Source of the DNA: Mytilus californianus
Lineage: Eukaryota
Assembly: GCF_021869535.1 (NCBI RefSeq)
Contig: NW_026262712.1
Location: 48,856,001 to 48,920,000, forward strand
Direction of reading: 5' to 3'
DNA length: 64,000 nt
The notes under the pieces were generated by a model that was not told where the DNA came from, made no database searches, and saw only the letters and a list, made by a program, of their open reading frames with translations. Made by a program: the position numbers and the translations under genes. Positions 51,501 through 62,386 of the stretch are shown here, piece after piece; the stretch's first letter is position 1, and each line of letters opens with the position of its first letter.

Positions 51501-54500
51501 TTTATTTCAATGAGAGAAAAAAACAGGAAGTTATACACTTATCAGTTTGCTGTAACAGTTTCGAACTTTTTATAGATGGGAGTAATAGAAGTAGCTATCG
51601 CCAGGCAATATGTTGACAACAGACAGCAAAATGTTATAAATATGATTTTGTCGTTACCAACAGAAGAAAGTTGAATTTAGATCTGATATGAAATAATTGT
51701 TATTTAAGAATTGAATGCTTCTTTTTGTAAATTTATTGAGGTGTAAAAGCGTTGACCGAAGTACATTTTGTATGAAGCGCAGAGGCGCTTCATTCTAAAA
51801 AATGTGCGCACGGTCAACGCTTTAACAACCCTATAAAATTACTAAAAGAAGCATTCAAAATTTATAATTACATTTTTTGCTAGGATCATGAAAACACAAT
51901 TTCTATCAAGTTTTTCTTTTATTTACCTATGCACTTTATAGTGGAAGCTCGTGTCATTATGAATTTTACATTTCATTTTGAATTTAAGGTTAATTTCAGA
52001 ATGACGCGAGATTGCTGTTAGCCAATCAAAATAACGTATTATAATGAAACATACATGTAATGTAATTATTCATGTATGAAATTTACTTTACTTTTTTCCG
52101 TTTTAAAGACCCTGAACCAAAACCGAAATATTGTGGTTCTGCAAAGATCAGTAGCAATGGAAAACTGATGAGATCTGTTGAAAAATGCGACAAACGTTTA
52201 CCAGCACTTTGTTTGGATCGACCTGAATTTGTTTTAAATCCTGATAAAGGTAAACTTATTATTAATTATCATATTCTGGAAAAGCTACAATAAAACAGCA
52301 AACCAATAACAAATGACAGTTAACATCTTTCTATATCCCAATACGCATTTTCGTTAAAGCCGAACAGTGACTGTCACAAAATCCTGAAACATCTTCTTTT
52401 ATTCATATCGAAATAACAATTCAGTAAAGGTTATCAAATAACGTTTTCAATATTGATATGTAAGCGGGGAGAGCACAATGTTAAAATAGTGGTTGTGTCA
52501 GTGTACAATACAGACACCTGCTTTAGTACCTTTCAGTTTTGTTATACTAAGTAATTTTATTACACTTTTATGAGATACATGTACATCTAATAAACATAAG
52601 CACAAAATGCTTATCGTTCTATAATAGAGGGCGCTTAACAAGTTTTGTTTAACGTAATACATATTTTTAACACTTTACTGTTTCTATTTTAGTAACCTTT
52701 ATTCTATTTTACTATAATGATCGGTCGGTCAACTCGTTTATACTTTCATGAACATACACTCAACAATGTAACATATCACTGAATTAAATAAAATTAATGT
52801 TTTATTCAGTATATATTATACAAATTAAACCACTGGTAGATACAGTTAACATAAATGCCTGCTTTTATTGCAAATCTTTAGACAACCCTTTTTTTAAGTT
52901 AATCACCCGTCATAACCATTTATTTAAGGTGTATGTATCAATTAATGTCTAGACATGTACTATATGTATCTTGCACATGATAACTCACTGTTTCCTGCAT
53001 GTTCCAACACTTGATACTATAAATTTTGCAATTTTAAGCTTTTATGGATTATTCTTTTGAAGTATTTCTTAAATCATACATTTGGTGAGGTTCGTGTTGC
53101 TCAGTCTTTGGTTTTCTATGTTGTTTTTGTCTCGCTTTGAAGGAGTCAAAAGCGAGACATAGGTATGCTGTTTCCGGCGCCGGCGGCGTCAACAATGTAT
53201 TAGATTGTGATTAGGTCTAGTTCATGGTGAACCATTAGTGGTAGGTCAATGATATGTGGTATGCAATTGTATTATCATTGGCACATCTCAATACCATGGA
53301 GATTATTTGGCCCCGACCCCTCAGTCAAGGTCTATTGACTTTGAAACTTTTCATAGTTTACATGTATTAGTTTGTGATTAGGTCAATTTATGGGGAACCA
53401 CTAGTGGTAGGTCAATGATATTTGGTATGCAGTTGTATAAGTATTGGCATATCTCATTTCCATGGAGATTATTTGGCTCCGCCCCTTTAGTCATGGTCTA
53501 TAGACTTTGAAAATTTTGCTAAGTTAACATGTATTAGTTTGTGATTAAGTCAGTCCAAGGGGAACCATTAGTGTTAGGCCAATGTTAATTGGTGTTCAGT
53601 TGTATAAGCATTAGCACATCTCATTTCCATGGAGAATATTTGGCCCCGCCCCCTCAGTCATGGTTTACTTTGAAACTTTTGCTTAGTTTACATGTATTAG
53701 TTTGTGATTAGATCAGTTTAAGATGAACTGCTAATGTTAAGTCAATGATATTTGGTATGCAAATTTATTGGCATTTGCAAGTATCGTTTCCATGGAGATT
53801 ATATAGCCCCACCCCTGATCATGGTTCATTGACTTTGAAACTTTTACATAGTTTACAAGTTAATGTTTGTGTTTAGGTTTGTTTAAAGGGAACGACTTAT
53901 AATAAGTCAATGGTATTTGGTATGCAGTTGTATTAGCATTGGCACATCTCATTCCATGGAGATTATTTAGCCATGTACCTTCAGTCATGATTCGTCGACT
54001 TTGAATATTTGCATAACTTACATGTTAAAGTATTGCTATTTTAATTTCAACATTTGTATTATCAAAATTACAAAAAGGCGAGACATATCTCTGTGATAAC
54101 AGTTTATGTGTACTGTTGTTTGTCTGTTGGTCTTTTTCTTTTTTAGCCATGACGTTGTCAGTTTATTTTCGACGTATGAGTTTGAATGGCCCTTTGGTAT
54201 CTTTCGCCTCTCTTTCAATTCACTCTGAGTAGTAGAGAGGTATGGTTACAGAGGGCAAACGATTTTGAAATATGAACTCCAGCTATAAATGTCAGGCATA
54301 TTCAATATGTCAGAATGCTAGATTTTTCATTTGTTGATACGAGGCTTATATCTTTTTCTATTACAATGGCTCAGTGTGAAATATTTTTTAATGTTAAAAC
54401 CCTCTCGTATTAAAAAGTACAAAAATTGACAAAAACAAAAATCAACAATTTAAAAGACCATTTTAACAGATAATTCAACATGATGAATCCTATTACACAT

Positions 54501-56090
54501 AGTGAATAGTGCGAAAGAACAGGTTAATATCGCTCGTAATAATATAAACGTGGTTAAGCTCGGTTTTGCCTGGTTTGAAAATGTGTTTCTAGTAGTACCA
54601 ACCCTTACAACAATGTGTTATTGTATACCTTCCCGACAGTTCATAAAATTACATACATTTGCATATTGTTCAAAACTTTCCACAAAAAAATAGTTAATAT
54701 TTTACATGTTAACTAGGGATTTATATTTACAGATAATACTGGTTTGAATGTTAGTATTACAGTAGTAGTTTTGTTAGTAGTTTCTGTCGTACTAGCTGTG
54801 TTTATAGTTGTAATTGTTTGGCGTGTGAGGCAAGTATACATAAGTTACAGTCGATTTCGGCTTATAAACAGATGTTTTGCTTTTTATGGTACAATATAAT
54901 TTACATAATAAAAGAATCTGTAGTGATCATGATCGTATACCCCTCGCCACGCATACACATGACATAGAAGTCCACCACTAGAAAAATTGCCCTTCGTTTA
55001 AAATGTTTATGATTGTCGAAAAGTTGACCTCTCGAAATAATGGTCCCTAGTTTTAGATTTTTTGGGATTCTTGAATTCCTCCGAGATATTTATGGAATAA
55101 AAAACTTCAGACGTAATTTTAAAATAAACCGATTAAAATTCAAACATTATTCCGTTGTCAATAATTTATGTTTTTGATAGTAGGTGCCTCTCTAGAAAAA
55201 AATGGTACATTTTTAAGGTTTTCTCCGACTACATTGTAATTATCTCATCCGTGGATTTGAAAATGTGGAAATCTTCATTTCACATGCTTAATTATGAAAA
55301 GATTCTGATGAGGGAACGACCATTTGATATTCGGGTGGGGTGTCAATTTTCTTAGGATTGACTATTTGTTGGTACACAGGCTTGATTTTATCCCCGGCTT
55401 CATTTTGTTTTGCAGACTATTCATTTTAATCCTGTCTTGGACAAAATCATTTATTTCCACTTCTAACCAGGTCAGGTTATTCATTTTTAGAATTATCCTC
55501 CCCCTTTCCAAAAATTAAATGGTTGTACCCTAAGAAATCCCGAAAATGTACGAAAAATAAAAACATAAAAATAGTTTCTCTTGTTGAATTAATTATTTTT
55601 TTCCCTTTAGATGTCAGTAGCTATGATGTAACTTTTTTCGTTCTTTTCCTTTTATTATAGATTGAAAAAGAAACAGTTAAGTCTAGATCAGCCTCAAAAT
55701 ACTTCTGAAGATGGCCACGTGTATACTGAAATCAACGAAACTGCCGAATGTTCGAATCAACCATCCAAAAGAGTTAATGGACAGTTGACTTATGATCACC
55801 TCATGCATTCCCAAAAGGTGACCAGTAATCCATCCGGAAATATGTATGACACCACAACTGATGTAACTGCGAGATATTACGACCAGTCAACAGTAAAATC
55901 TAGTTATGATAAAATTAATATCTTCAAAAACGTGCATGGAAACTTCCAAAATCAACCTCCGAATGAATATGACTCTGTGCGACTTATTGAAAAGTGTGAC
56001 GAAGATAACTATCACCATCTAGATAGAAATAAAGGGAATGTAGCCACAAACGATGCTAATGATTACATTGAGACCAGTTTTTTTAACTGA
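36010..56090 (+). CDS. Gene 2: paralogous 9-exon receptor, about 483 aa, with an apparent 1-nt frameshift in exon 3 (pseudogene allele, sequencing error or rescue by a cryptic acceptor)
   Basis: Exons 36010-36070, 37598-37765, 38556-38667, 41310-41457, 42814-42942, 44023-44187, 52109-52249, 54733-54829, 55661-56090. The sum is 1451 nt, one short of 484 codons. Phases and Cys pattern are the same as gene 1. Confidence 0.82.
37598..37765 (+). CDS. Gene 2 exon 2
   Basis: GEVANAFLTRNNYTWTEAKNNC...QLWIDARVTYSPWIEYL; 21 of 57 residues identical to gene 1 exon 2, ungapped. Confidence 0.9.
38556..38667 (+). CDS. Gene 2 exon 3, WSC first part, frameshifted near its 5' end
   Basis: GC/FRVTDEIVGTHQYVTSGQQIEECLHICTDYDFLGLQ; 112 nt where 113 are needed; GGTGTTCAGA versus expected GGTGTTTCAGA. 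Confidence 0.85.
39920..40035 (+). mobile_element. SINE 3' half
   Basis: GAAGGCCGGTGGTTC...CGGCTTCCTCC...AATTGACCGCCACGAAATAGC...GCGTTAAAACATCAA. Confidence 0.7.
40115..40290 (+). mobile_element. Family A tail
   Basis: GTTTGAATGGTTTTACACTAGT...GTTGAAGGCCGTACTTTGACC...CCACATCTTCTTATATCTA. Confidence 0.8.
40485..41080 (-). mobile_element. Near full-length family A element (about 600 bp)
   Basis: Colinear and highly similar to 57725-58345. Confidence 0.85.
41310..41457 (+). CDS. Gene 2 exon 4, WSC second part
   Basis: QGRCACLKGRPPNSGDSDPKCDSKGCEKDDNGLCVDTNDIGMYAVYSKP; five Cys positioned as in gene 1 exon 4. Confidence 0.87.
41684..41820. repeat. Foldback (inverted) duplication followed by a direct repeat
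   Basis: Arms 41684-41732 and 41738-41785 around a CTGTC loop, then CACGTCCTTTG.TTCTGGTGGATGGCTGTCCCA repeated. Confidence 0.9.
42490..42765 (+). mobile_element. Family A 3' part, ending about 50 bp before gene 2 exon 5
   Basis: GTCAGGAATCTCATGTTCAGTAGTTGTCG...CCACATCTTCTTATATCTA. Confidence 0.8.
42814..42942 (+). CDS. Gene 2 exon 5, C-half of CTLD1
   Basis: VFSRNDIRAGNCLSAVRND...YEANPCDQYFHLVCQT; donor G|GTAGGT. Confidence 0.85.
44023..44187 (+). CDS. Gene 2 exon 6, N-half of CTLD2
   Basis: GKISNNLHKWSESFLHCLNG...TYYWLANIRRPSFHFYS; TACAG acceptor, G|GTAAGT donor. Confidence 0.87.
44195..44297 (+). mobile_element. Family A tail directly after gene 2 exon 6
   Basis: GCTCCGTATTGAAGGCCGTACTTTGACC...TCATTGGCACTCATACC. 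Confidence 0.75.
45250..46160. mobile_element. Satellite-bearing HINE-like element (about 170-bp units, one GGGCCC site)
   Basis: Repeated CCCCTTTT..G.CC.TAATT...CCATAAC...TCAATCC.AACC units at about 45770 and 45925; ATACCAATATACGACCGCAAAAATTTGGCAGT end. Confidence 0.55.
47011..47192. repeat. About 180-bp imperfect palindrome
   Basis: Arms AGATATTTCATA...TTTCGTAAATTATACCATAG...TGAAACCCC / complement; apex GAC-GAA-GTC. Confidence 0.9.
48495..48855. mobile_element. HINE-like element with a repeated AACTTGATCTG unit
   Basis: Unit repeated at about 48520 and 48635 (related sequence at 46865); terminal AGTCCCCTTC...GTAGGGGACT hairpin. Confidence 0.6.
51700..52070. mobile_element. Hairpin-ended repeat element just upstream of gene 2 exon 7
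   Basis: Palindrome 51700-51868 with apex GAAGCGC-AGAG-GCGCTTC; distal CCAATCAAAATAACGTATT motif. Confidence 0.6.
52109..52249 (+). CDS. Gene 2 exon 7, C-half of CTLD2 with a very short stalk
   Basis: DPEPKPKYCGSAKISSNGKLMRSVEKCDKRLPALCLDRPEFVLNPDK; matches gene 1 RSIRRCRKRLPGLC. Confidence 0.88.
53125..54107. mobile_element. HINE-like element with five about 165-bp tandem satellite units, inserted in a Penelope-like tail
   Basis: Terminal hairpin TGTCTCGCTTT...AAAAGCGAGACA, matching subterminal AAGGCGAGACA at the far end, GGCGCCGGCGGCG microsatellite; unit anchors at 53230, 53396, 53563, 53726, 53891. Confidence 0.8.
54733..54829 (+). CDS. Gene 2 exon 8, transmembrane helix (GC donor)
   Basis: DNTGLNVSITVVVLLVVSVVLAVFIVVIVWRVR; TTTACAG acceptor; donor AG|GCAAGT in phase 2 joins exon 9 in frame. 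Confidence 0.85.
55311..55531. mobile_element. 221-bp MITE in gene 2 intron 8
   Basis: TIR AGGGAACGACCATTT / AAATGGTTGTACCCT. Confidence 0.75.
55661..56090 (+). CDS. Gene 2 exon 9, cytoplasmic tail with Tyr motifs
   Basis: ORF 55662-56090: HVYTEI, LTYDHL, NMYDTT, RYYDQS, SSYDKI, NEYDSV, DNYHHL, NDYIET; long pyrimidine tract and TAG acceptor. Confidence 0.9.
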
Positions 56091-56624
56091 TTATAATCAT
56101 AAATCATCAATTAAAATATTGTTAGCTTACTTGTTACATAAATGTTATCCAAATGAGACATTAACATATATTTTTATTTCTCTACACACCAAATTATATT
56201 GGCGTAGAGACACACGCAATATATATTTCATAATGCATATGTAAAAACATACAAACGAATACAAAAGTAAGACAGAGTTAATTACAGAAATTACAGTAGA
56301 TGTTATCTCTAAAGTGGTCAAGTACTAGTACATGGTTTATCCAGGAGAGCCCACATGAATGTTAATTAACCTTATAAATTTACATAAGTTGTTTAGATCA
56401 TAAAGATTTTTACTGTTTATCAGTTCATTAAAAAAGTAAGGCAACGAAGGCCTAAATTTGTTATATCATATGCAACATGTGCAAAAACCTATAGTGGTGA
56501 TCTTAAAACATATGCAAATTTAGATATACAAAAACAGGAATAAAAGCCCTGTTCATTGATAATTTTCCATGTTTTCTATGTATTGTGTGCGATTTTGTCC
56601 CATGTACATTCTCCAAACTTTACG

Positions 56625-57286
56625 ACATATCTTGACTTACATCTAGAAATTGACAATGAGGGTCGGTGGAAAACAAAACTTTACGACAAAAGAGATGATT
56701 TCAGCTTCCCAATTGTGAACTTTCCATTTGTCTGTAGCAACATTCCAGCAGCGCATGCATACGGAGTATATATCTCCCAATTGATACGATATTCCCGGGC
56801 TAGTGTTTCCTATCATGATTTCCTTGTATAGGATTGCTGCTCACAAGGAAGCTATTAAACCAAGAGTTCCAAATGGTGAAGTTGAAGTCATCCCTTTGTA
56901 AATTTTACGGACGCCATCACGAGTTGGTTGACCGTTATGGAATAACCATTTCACAGATGATATCGGATATGTTCCTTATGTCGTAACTACAATACCCTCC
57001 CTTTTCACGAATGTGACTTACCGAATTAGACTATTTACCGGATTTGTAATAACATAAGTAACACGACGGGTGCCACATGTGGAGCAGGATCTGTTTACCC
57101 TTCCGGAGCACCTGAGATAACCCCCAGTTTTTGGTGGGGTTCGTGTTGCTGAGTCTTTGGTTTTCTATGTTGTGTCATCTGTACTATTATTTGTCTGTTT
57201 GTCTTTTTATTTTTGGCCATGGCGTTGTCAGTTTGTTTTCGATCTATGAGTTTGACTGTCCCTCTGGTATCTTTCGTCCCTCTTTT
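56625..57286 (+). mobile_element. 5'-truncated Penelope-like retroelement (RT C-terminus plus 3' tail), frameshifted
   Basis: YLDLHLEIDNEG..KTKLYDKRDDFSFPIVNFPF..SNIPAA.AYGVYISQLIRYSRA, then LLLTRKLLNQEFQMVKLKSSL.KFYGRHHELVDRY in a shifted frame; I recognise this as a PLE-type RT thumb region. Confidence 0.8.
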
Positions 57287-57724
57287 ATCCCATGTACATT
57301 TACTTCATATCCTTTCATTTTCTATAGACCCTTCTTTTGTCTGCTGTTCATTTTAACCATTTTCGCAACCTCAAAAGTAAGATATTTTAGCCAGATTGAC
57401 CGTTTTTGTGTATTTGGAAGGTATATTTCTTTCTGAAAAACGTTGGCCACACCAATTGACTAATTAACTAGTATAACTGATTTGAATTTCACTGAACTGA
57501 AGGGCTAATTTTATGTATCACTTATCCCACACAAATGACAAACGACAATCATCAAGTAGGGACTCTACATTTTTTAACCAAGTTTTATCATTCCAGACCT
57601 ACATTTATACAATGAACACTTATCTACAGTTGCAAGAAGTTTTTCTTGTTTTCCAGTAATGATTTTGTCGAGTAATTAGTTATACGAAGATTAATATCTA
57701 ATTCCAAAAGATATCCGATGTCAA

Positions 57725-58345
57725 TATAAAAAGAAGGAGAAGTGATATGATTGCCAATGAGACAACTATCCACCAAAGTTCAAATGAAGTGGATGTAAGC
57801 AATTATAGGCAGCCTTCAACAATGAGAAAAACCTATACTGTATAGTCGGCTATAAAAGGTCCCGACATGAAAGATATGAAACAATTCAATTGAGAAAACT
57901 AACGGTATAATTTATAACAAAACAGTTTACGAAAAGCAAATATGACTGACATGAACCAACGACAACCACTGAACTACAGGCTCTTGACTTGGGACAGGCA
58001 CATAAAGAATGTGGCGGGGTTAAACATGTTTGTGAGGGCTCAACCCTCCCCATAACCTGGGACAGTGGTGTAACAGCACAACATAAGAACAAACTATAAA
58101 AATCTGTTGAAAAAGGCTTAACTCATCAGATCGATACAAAGCATAAAAAACATAAAACAAAAACACATACCGGACGTGGCAGGGTATTTATTCCATCCCT
58201 CATCCCATCCCTAACAACAAAAAAGACACTTAGTACAGATCTGAGAGTACTCGCAATTACTGACAGCTAGTTCAAAGCCAATAACAACTGATAAAAAAAA
58301 ATCATGTATCTAAGACTAAAATATCAATCAGTACACATCCAACAT
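57725..58345 (-). mobile_element. Near full-length family A element
   Basis: Colinear with 40485-41080. Confidence 0.85.
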
Positions 58346-60252
58346 CAGTTTGGTGTAAATTGCATATTTAGTGTTGTCTTTATTTATATCATTCACAATT
58401 TGTCTAATCTGGTTAGTTGAGATCTCGATATACAATATGGACACTTGTCTACAGTGATGGAATGTTTCATTTACTATTTTTGTGGTGTTGTTATCTCATT
58501 AATATATTTCACATCTCCTTCTTTATTCCTATGCAATAATATTGCTAAGTTAATGTTAAACATAAAGGCCACTGACAGCTTCAAATTAGGATTGCCTATC
58601 ATATACGTATAACATAATTATATATTTAACTGCCTTTAGTTTTTAAGACCGCATTTACACGTAATTGTTAACATATTAGGAAATTTTGCTTGACTTTTTG
58701 TTCATTTTTATATAAAACATGGCCGACGAGAATTCGTACCGTGCATCCGACTGTTGTAATGAATATGCAGTACTACAATTATAACTTAACATATAAAGGA
58801 AACTGAAATAGATTTAAAAAAGCGTTTCTTCTGATTTATCACTAACAATATATATAGGTGACAACACATTTTATTACATACTTGTTAATATGGACAATGT
58901 AATAACATGGCATGGCTTAACATTCTACGTCGTTATCATTATCCTTATTTTAATTGATAGTTTATGGGGTAAGTTATAATTCTAATTTATATGTGGAAGT
59001 TTTTAACATTTTAAAGAAGAGTGTAATTTACTACATTTGGTAGTAAGATAGCTTGATGGGGATGTTTTGACAGGCCCCTTTTGTAAAGGGACCTGTCCAA
59101 TTAGAACAGAGAGTCGAACATGTTAACATTTCGAAAGCCTAGACCGATCATTCATATATCAGAATTCCAAAAAACAGTGTTGCAAACAAAAGCATTCTAT
59201 TTGTAGTGTTTAAATTTGAACATACATTATCTATTTTAGTGTGCACGTTTTGAATTCTGAATCTCGCAATATGAATGATCCTTCTCGATATTTTGTATCG
59301 ATCTTACATTTCAAAATAACACATGATCTTAATCGTTCATATGAGACTTACATTAATACTTTAAAGCAGAAAATAATGTTCCAAACTGCTTCATTAAATT
59401 TATATGAAAATGTCTTTATCATACAGCACCTGTTTCTTCTGACAACATCCCAAAGTGCGTATCAATTTCCAAATAAAGTTTGCCTACGAAGTTGTTCAAT
59501 ACATGTATATAATAGTAAAAAAAAAATGATTTTATGAAAAGTCTTTTGATAATCAAAGAAACAATGTCTCAATCAATTTGAGCCAGTTTTTGAAATGCTT
59601 GAACTTTCCCGAAATCGTTTCTTCACGACGGCCTCTAGCTTAATATTTTGAATAGTATACAAAAATAAACTGAGTATATTGGTATATGAACTAGTTAAAA
59701 CATAAAATAATTCAGCTCACAAAATAAAAATAGACATTACAAAAATTGCGGCCATGTTTTTAAGACCGGGAAAATAAAAGTAAAACTTACAGCAAATATG
59801 AGAGAAAAGCTATGTCTGGACGTGAAAAGATTTTCTATTTTACTTAATCATGTTCGTATTCACCATATAAACGTATAATGATAATGATTGAACTCGATAG
59901 TAATCAACAATAAAAATGTTAAAACAAAACAGACGAGAAGTATTCTTGAGAAAACTGTAATTCCTAGATACTGACACAGGTATTTGACCAAATCGGGCCA
60001 CACATAACAAACATTAACTAAAGCCAAATGTGATATTATGAAATTTTCAAGTTATAAAACCCTTGCAATTAGTAATATTATGTATATTTTGTTATCCTAT
60101 ATATCAATTATATGTAGTATGTATCACTAAATATATGTTGTGTAAGGAAACACGTGAGCTTTAATATTTTTTTATCACTTGTAACTTATATGTACGTTCT
60201 ACGACTTCTTGTTTTAAGTACAAAATTTATTTTGAATGTGATTGTAACAGTA

Positions 60253-62386
60253 CACTGTAAATAAAAGTGTTAAGAATCTGAACACTTCTTGAACGCCCTT
60301 TTGTTACACTTCTGGAACGCTCGGACTGTGTACCAGAATAATGTGTTAATATCCTAAACGCATAGTGTGTACTACTGGAACACATTTTACATGTTCCAGA
60401 AAAATGTGTTCCATTCGCTGAAACATTTTTTGCGGTCAAGTAAAAATAATAATTGAATAATTAACAAAAACATCTTTAATAGACTAAAAGAGGAAACATT
60501 CAGAAAAGGACAATACAATGAAAAACATTTTTAAATTACAAGTTAGAAAGATAACATTCGAAATAACATTATTATTAAATTGTCAAAATGTGTCCAAATT
60601 TATATATAGTGCAGATTCTCTTCCTCGCCTCATCCATCTCTGTTGTTTTTATAATTCAAAAGTTTCGTCACATTAAAAATGATTATTTTGCAAGAAAGTC
60701 TACTGGTATAAGAAACAATAATAATTGGCTTCGCTTCTGTCAATACAAGCATAAATTTTATCAACACAGTTTAACTCATCTTTTGCCGCCTCAGGAGTCA
60801 AGCATTATCCTGAATTTCTTTAAAAAAACTTTAACTTCATGGAGAACTCAGATGTACATGGCTTATTCATCACTCATATTTTCCATAATCCACTGCCTGC
60901 ATATCACTTCAGATAGTCAATATCCAACAAACAATTCCCTTTATATTGCTAGTTATTGAGTCGGTGCTGATGTAACACCGCTCTAACCATTTAACATGAT
61001 TTGTGTCGCCTATAACTCTTTTTGAGCTTCCATTTTGAAAATCACAGGGTGAGGTGGGTTGTTGTCTCTTTGACACATTTCCCGTTTCCATTCTCAAGTT
61101 TATAACTACTCCTTGACCTTACCATCAACCGTACGTTCTGAAATGTAAAATAAAGATTGTATGAGTAAATAATTATAATGTATTATAAATTCTAATTCCT
61201 TTTTGGCAATTCCATTTAAGTCGTCATCATTATTAGAGGAGAGTATTGTTTGAATCAGTACAATATTTCAGAATTTGTTACTGTTTTTATTGTTTAATTG
61301 TTAAAGGGTGAACTATTTTCAAGTAAGAAGCTCTCCGATTCTACAATGTATAGCTTTCAAACAAAAAGTTAGTTTACAGCAAATAATCATCGGGCATCAT
61401 TATTTTAGACAACATTGACTGTGGACATCTCCAGAATATAATGAGCATTTGCTAAATATATATGCTTCAAGTCCTGAAGACCTCTTTTCAGAAAATTTTT
61501 ATGAATTTCTTCATTGGAACTACAATTACGTTTTACAAATGTGCATCCTCAGAAGTGTGAATAATCGCCTATATTATAACTATTGCTTTCTATTCACACT
61601 ATGTGCTTTGTGTTTTTTTTTACTTTAAATGTTTCCCATCTGGCAGTTGTGAACGTGCGTATACCAATTGTGGAAGACGCAAAGAAATAGGATCATTTTC
61701 GTGTATTCTCACAAAGTACCTGCTTATTTCGTTGAAATGAATATTGTGGCATAACAGCACCAAACGACCTATAATTTTTACTTCCATTTACTCCAATTTG
61801 TTTTGTCAGAGGAGGAAATTTTTCATTGAAATCCTTAGACATGAAATGGTTAAGTTCGTAATTTGTTATAAATATTGAAATACATACCTATTAAATCAAG
61901 TTGTCTTGATAATATTTTTCAGTGACGCTTCGTCTTCATATTTTATTCAAAACAAGCCGCTAAAAAACCAACTTCCAGTAAAGTAATACCTCACTTCCTA
62001 TTATTGACGGGGACATTTCTGGAACACATTAGCGTTCAGGGAAAAGCGTCAGTTGTAACGCGTCGTGTTCGAGACCAGAACGCTTTTACAATAGCAACGA
62101 TTTCATTACTATTAACTTATTTACAGTCGTTACAAAATAAATCCAAAGAACTTAAATCGTTCAGAAAAGGATATATATAAAATGTCGACCCATTAAAGTA
62201 TTAGAACACTCACGTGTTCAAATTCAGAACACTGTTCTTCAACATGTCTGTTAAAAGACTGAACACAATGTGCTATATATTTTAACGCTGGCGTCGAATG
62301 TGGAACACTGGTGTTATAAACCGAACATATTGTGTTAAAAATTGGAACGCGTCCGGACGCGTCACGCGTCCGCAAAATTTACAGTG
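60253..62386. mobile_element. 2.1-kb CACTA/EnSpm-like DNA transposon derivative
   Basis: Termini CACTGTAAA / TTTACAGTG with TA on both flanks; many GAAC(A/G)C subterminal repeats in both orientations at both ends. Confidence 0.8.

Noticed and set aside
56556-56831. 91-aa ORF just after gene 2 as a host gene or extra exon
   Set aside because: It is a frameshifted Penelope-like RT fragment and lies after gene 2's stop codon.
58714-59762. Two inverted AAAACATGGCCG motifs about 1 kb apart (bidirectional promoter or TIR)
   Set aside because: The match is only 12 nt with no extended inverted similarity, TSD or adjacent exon.
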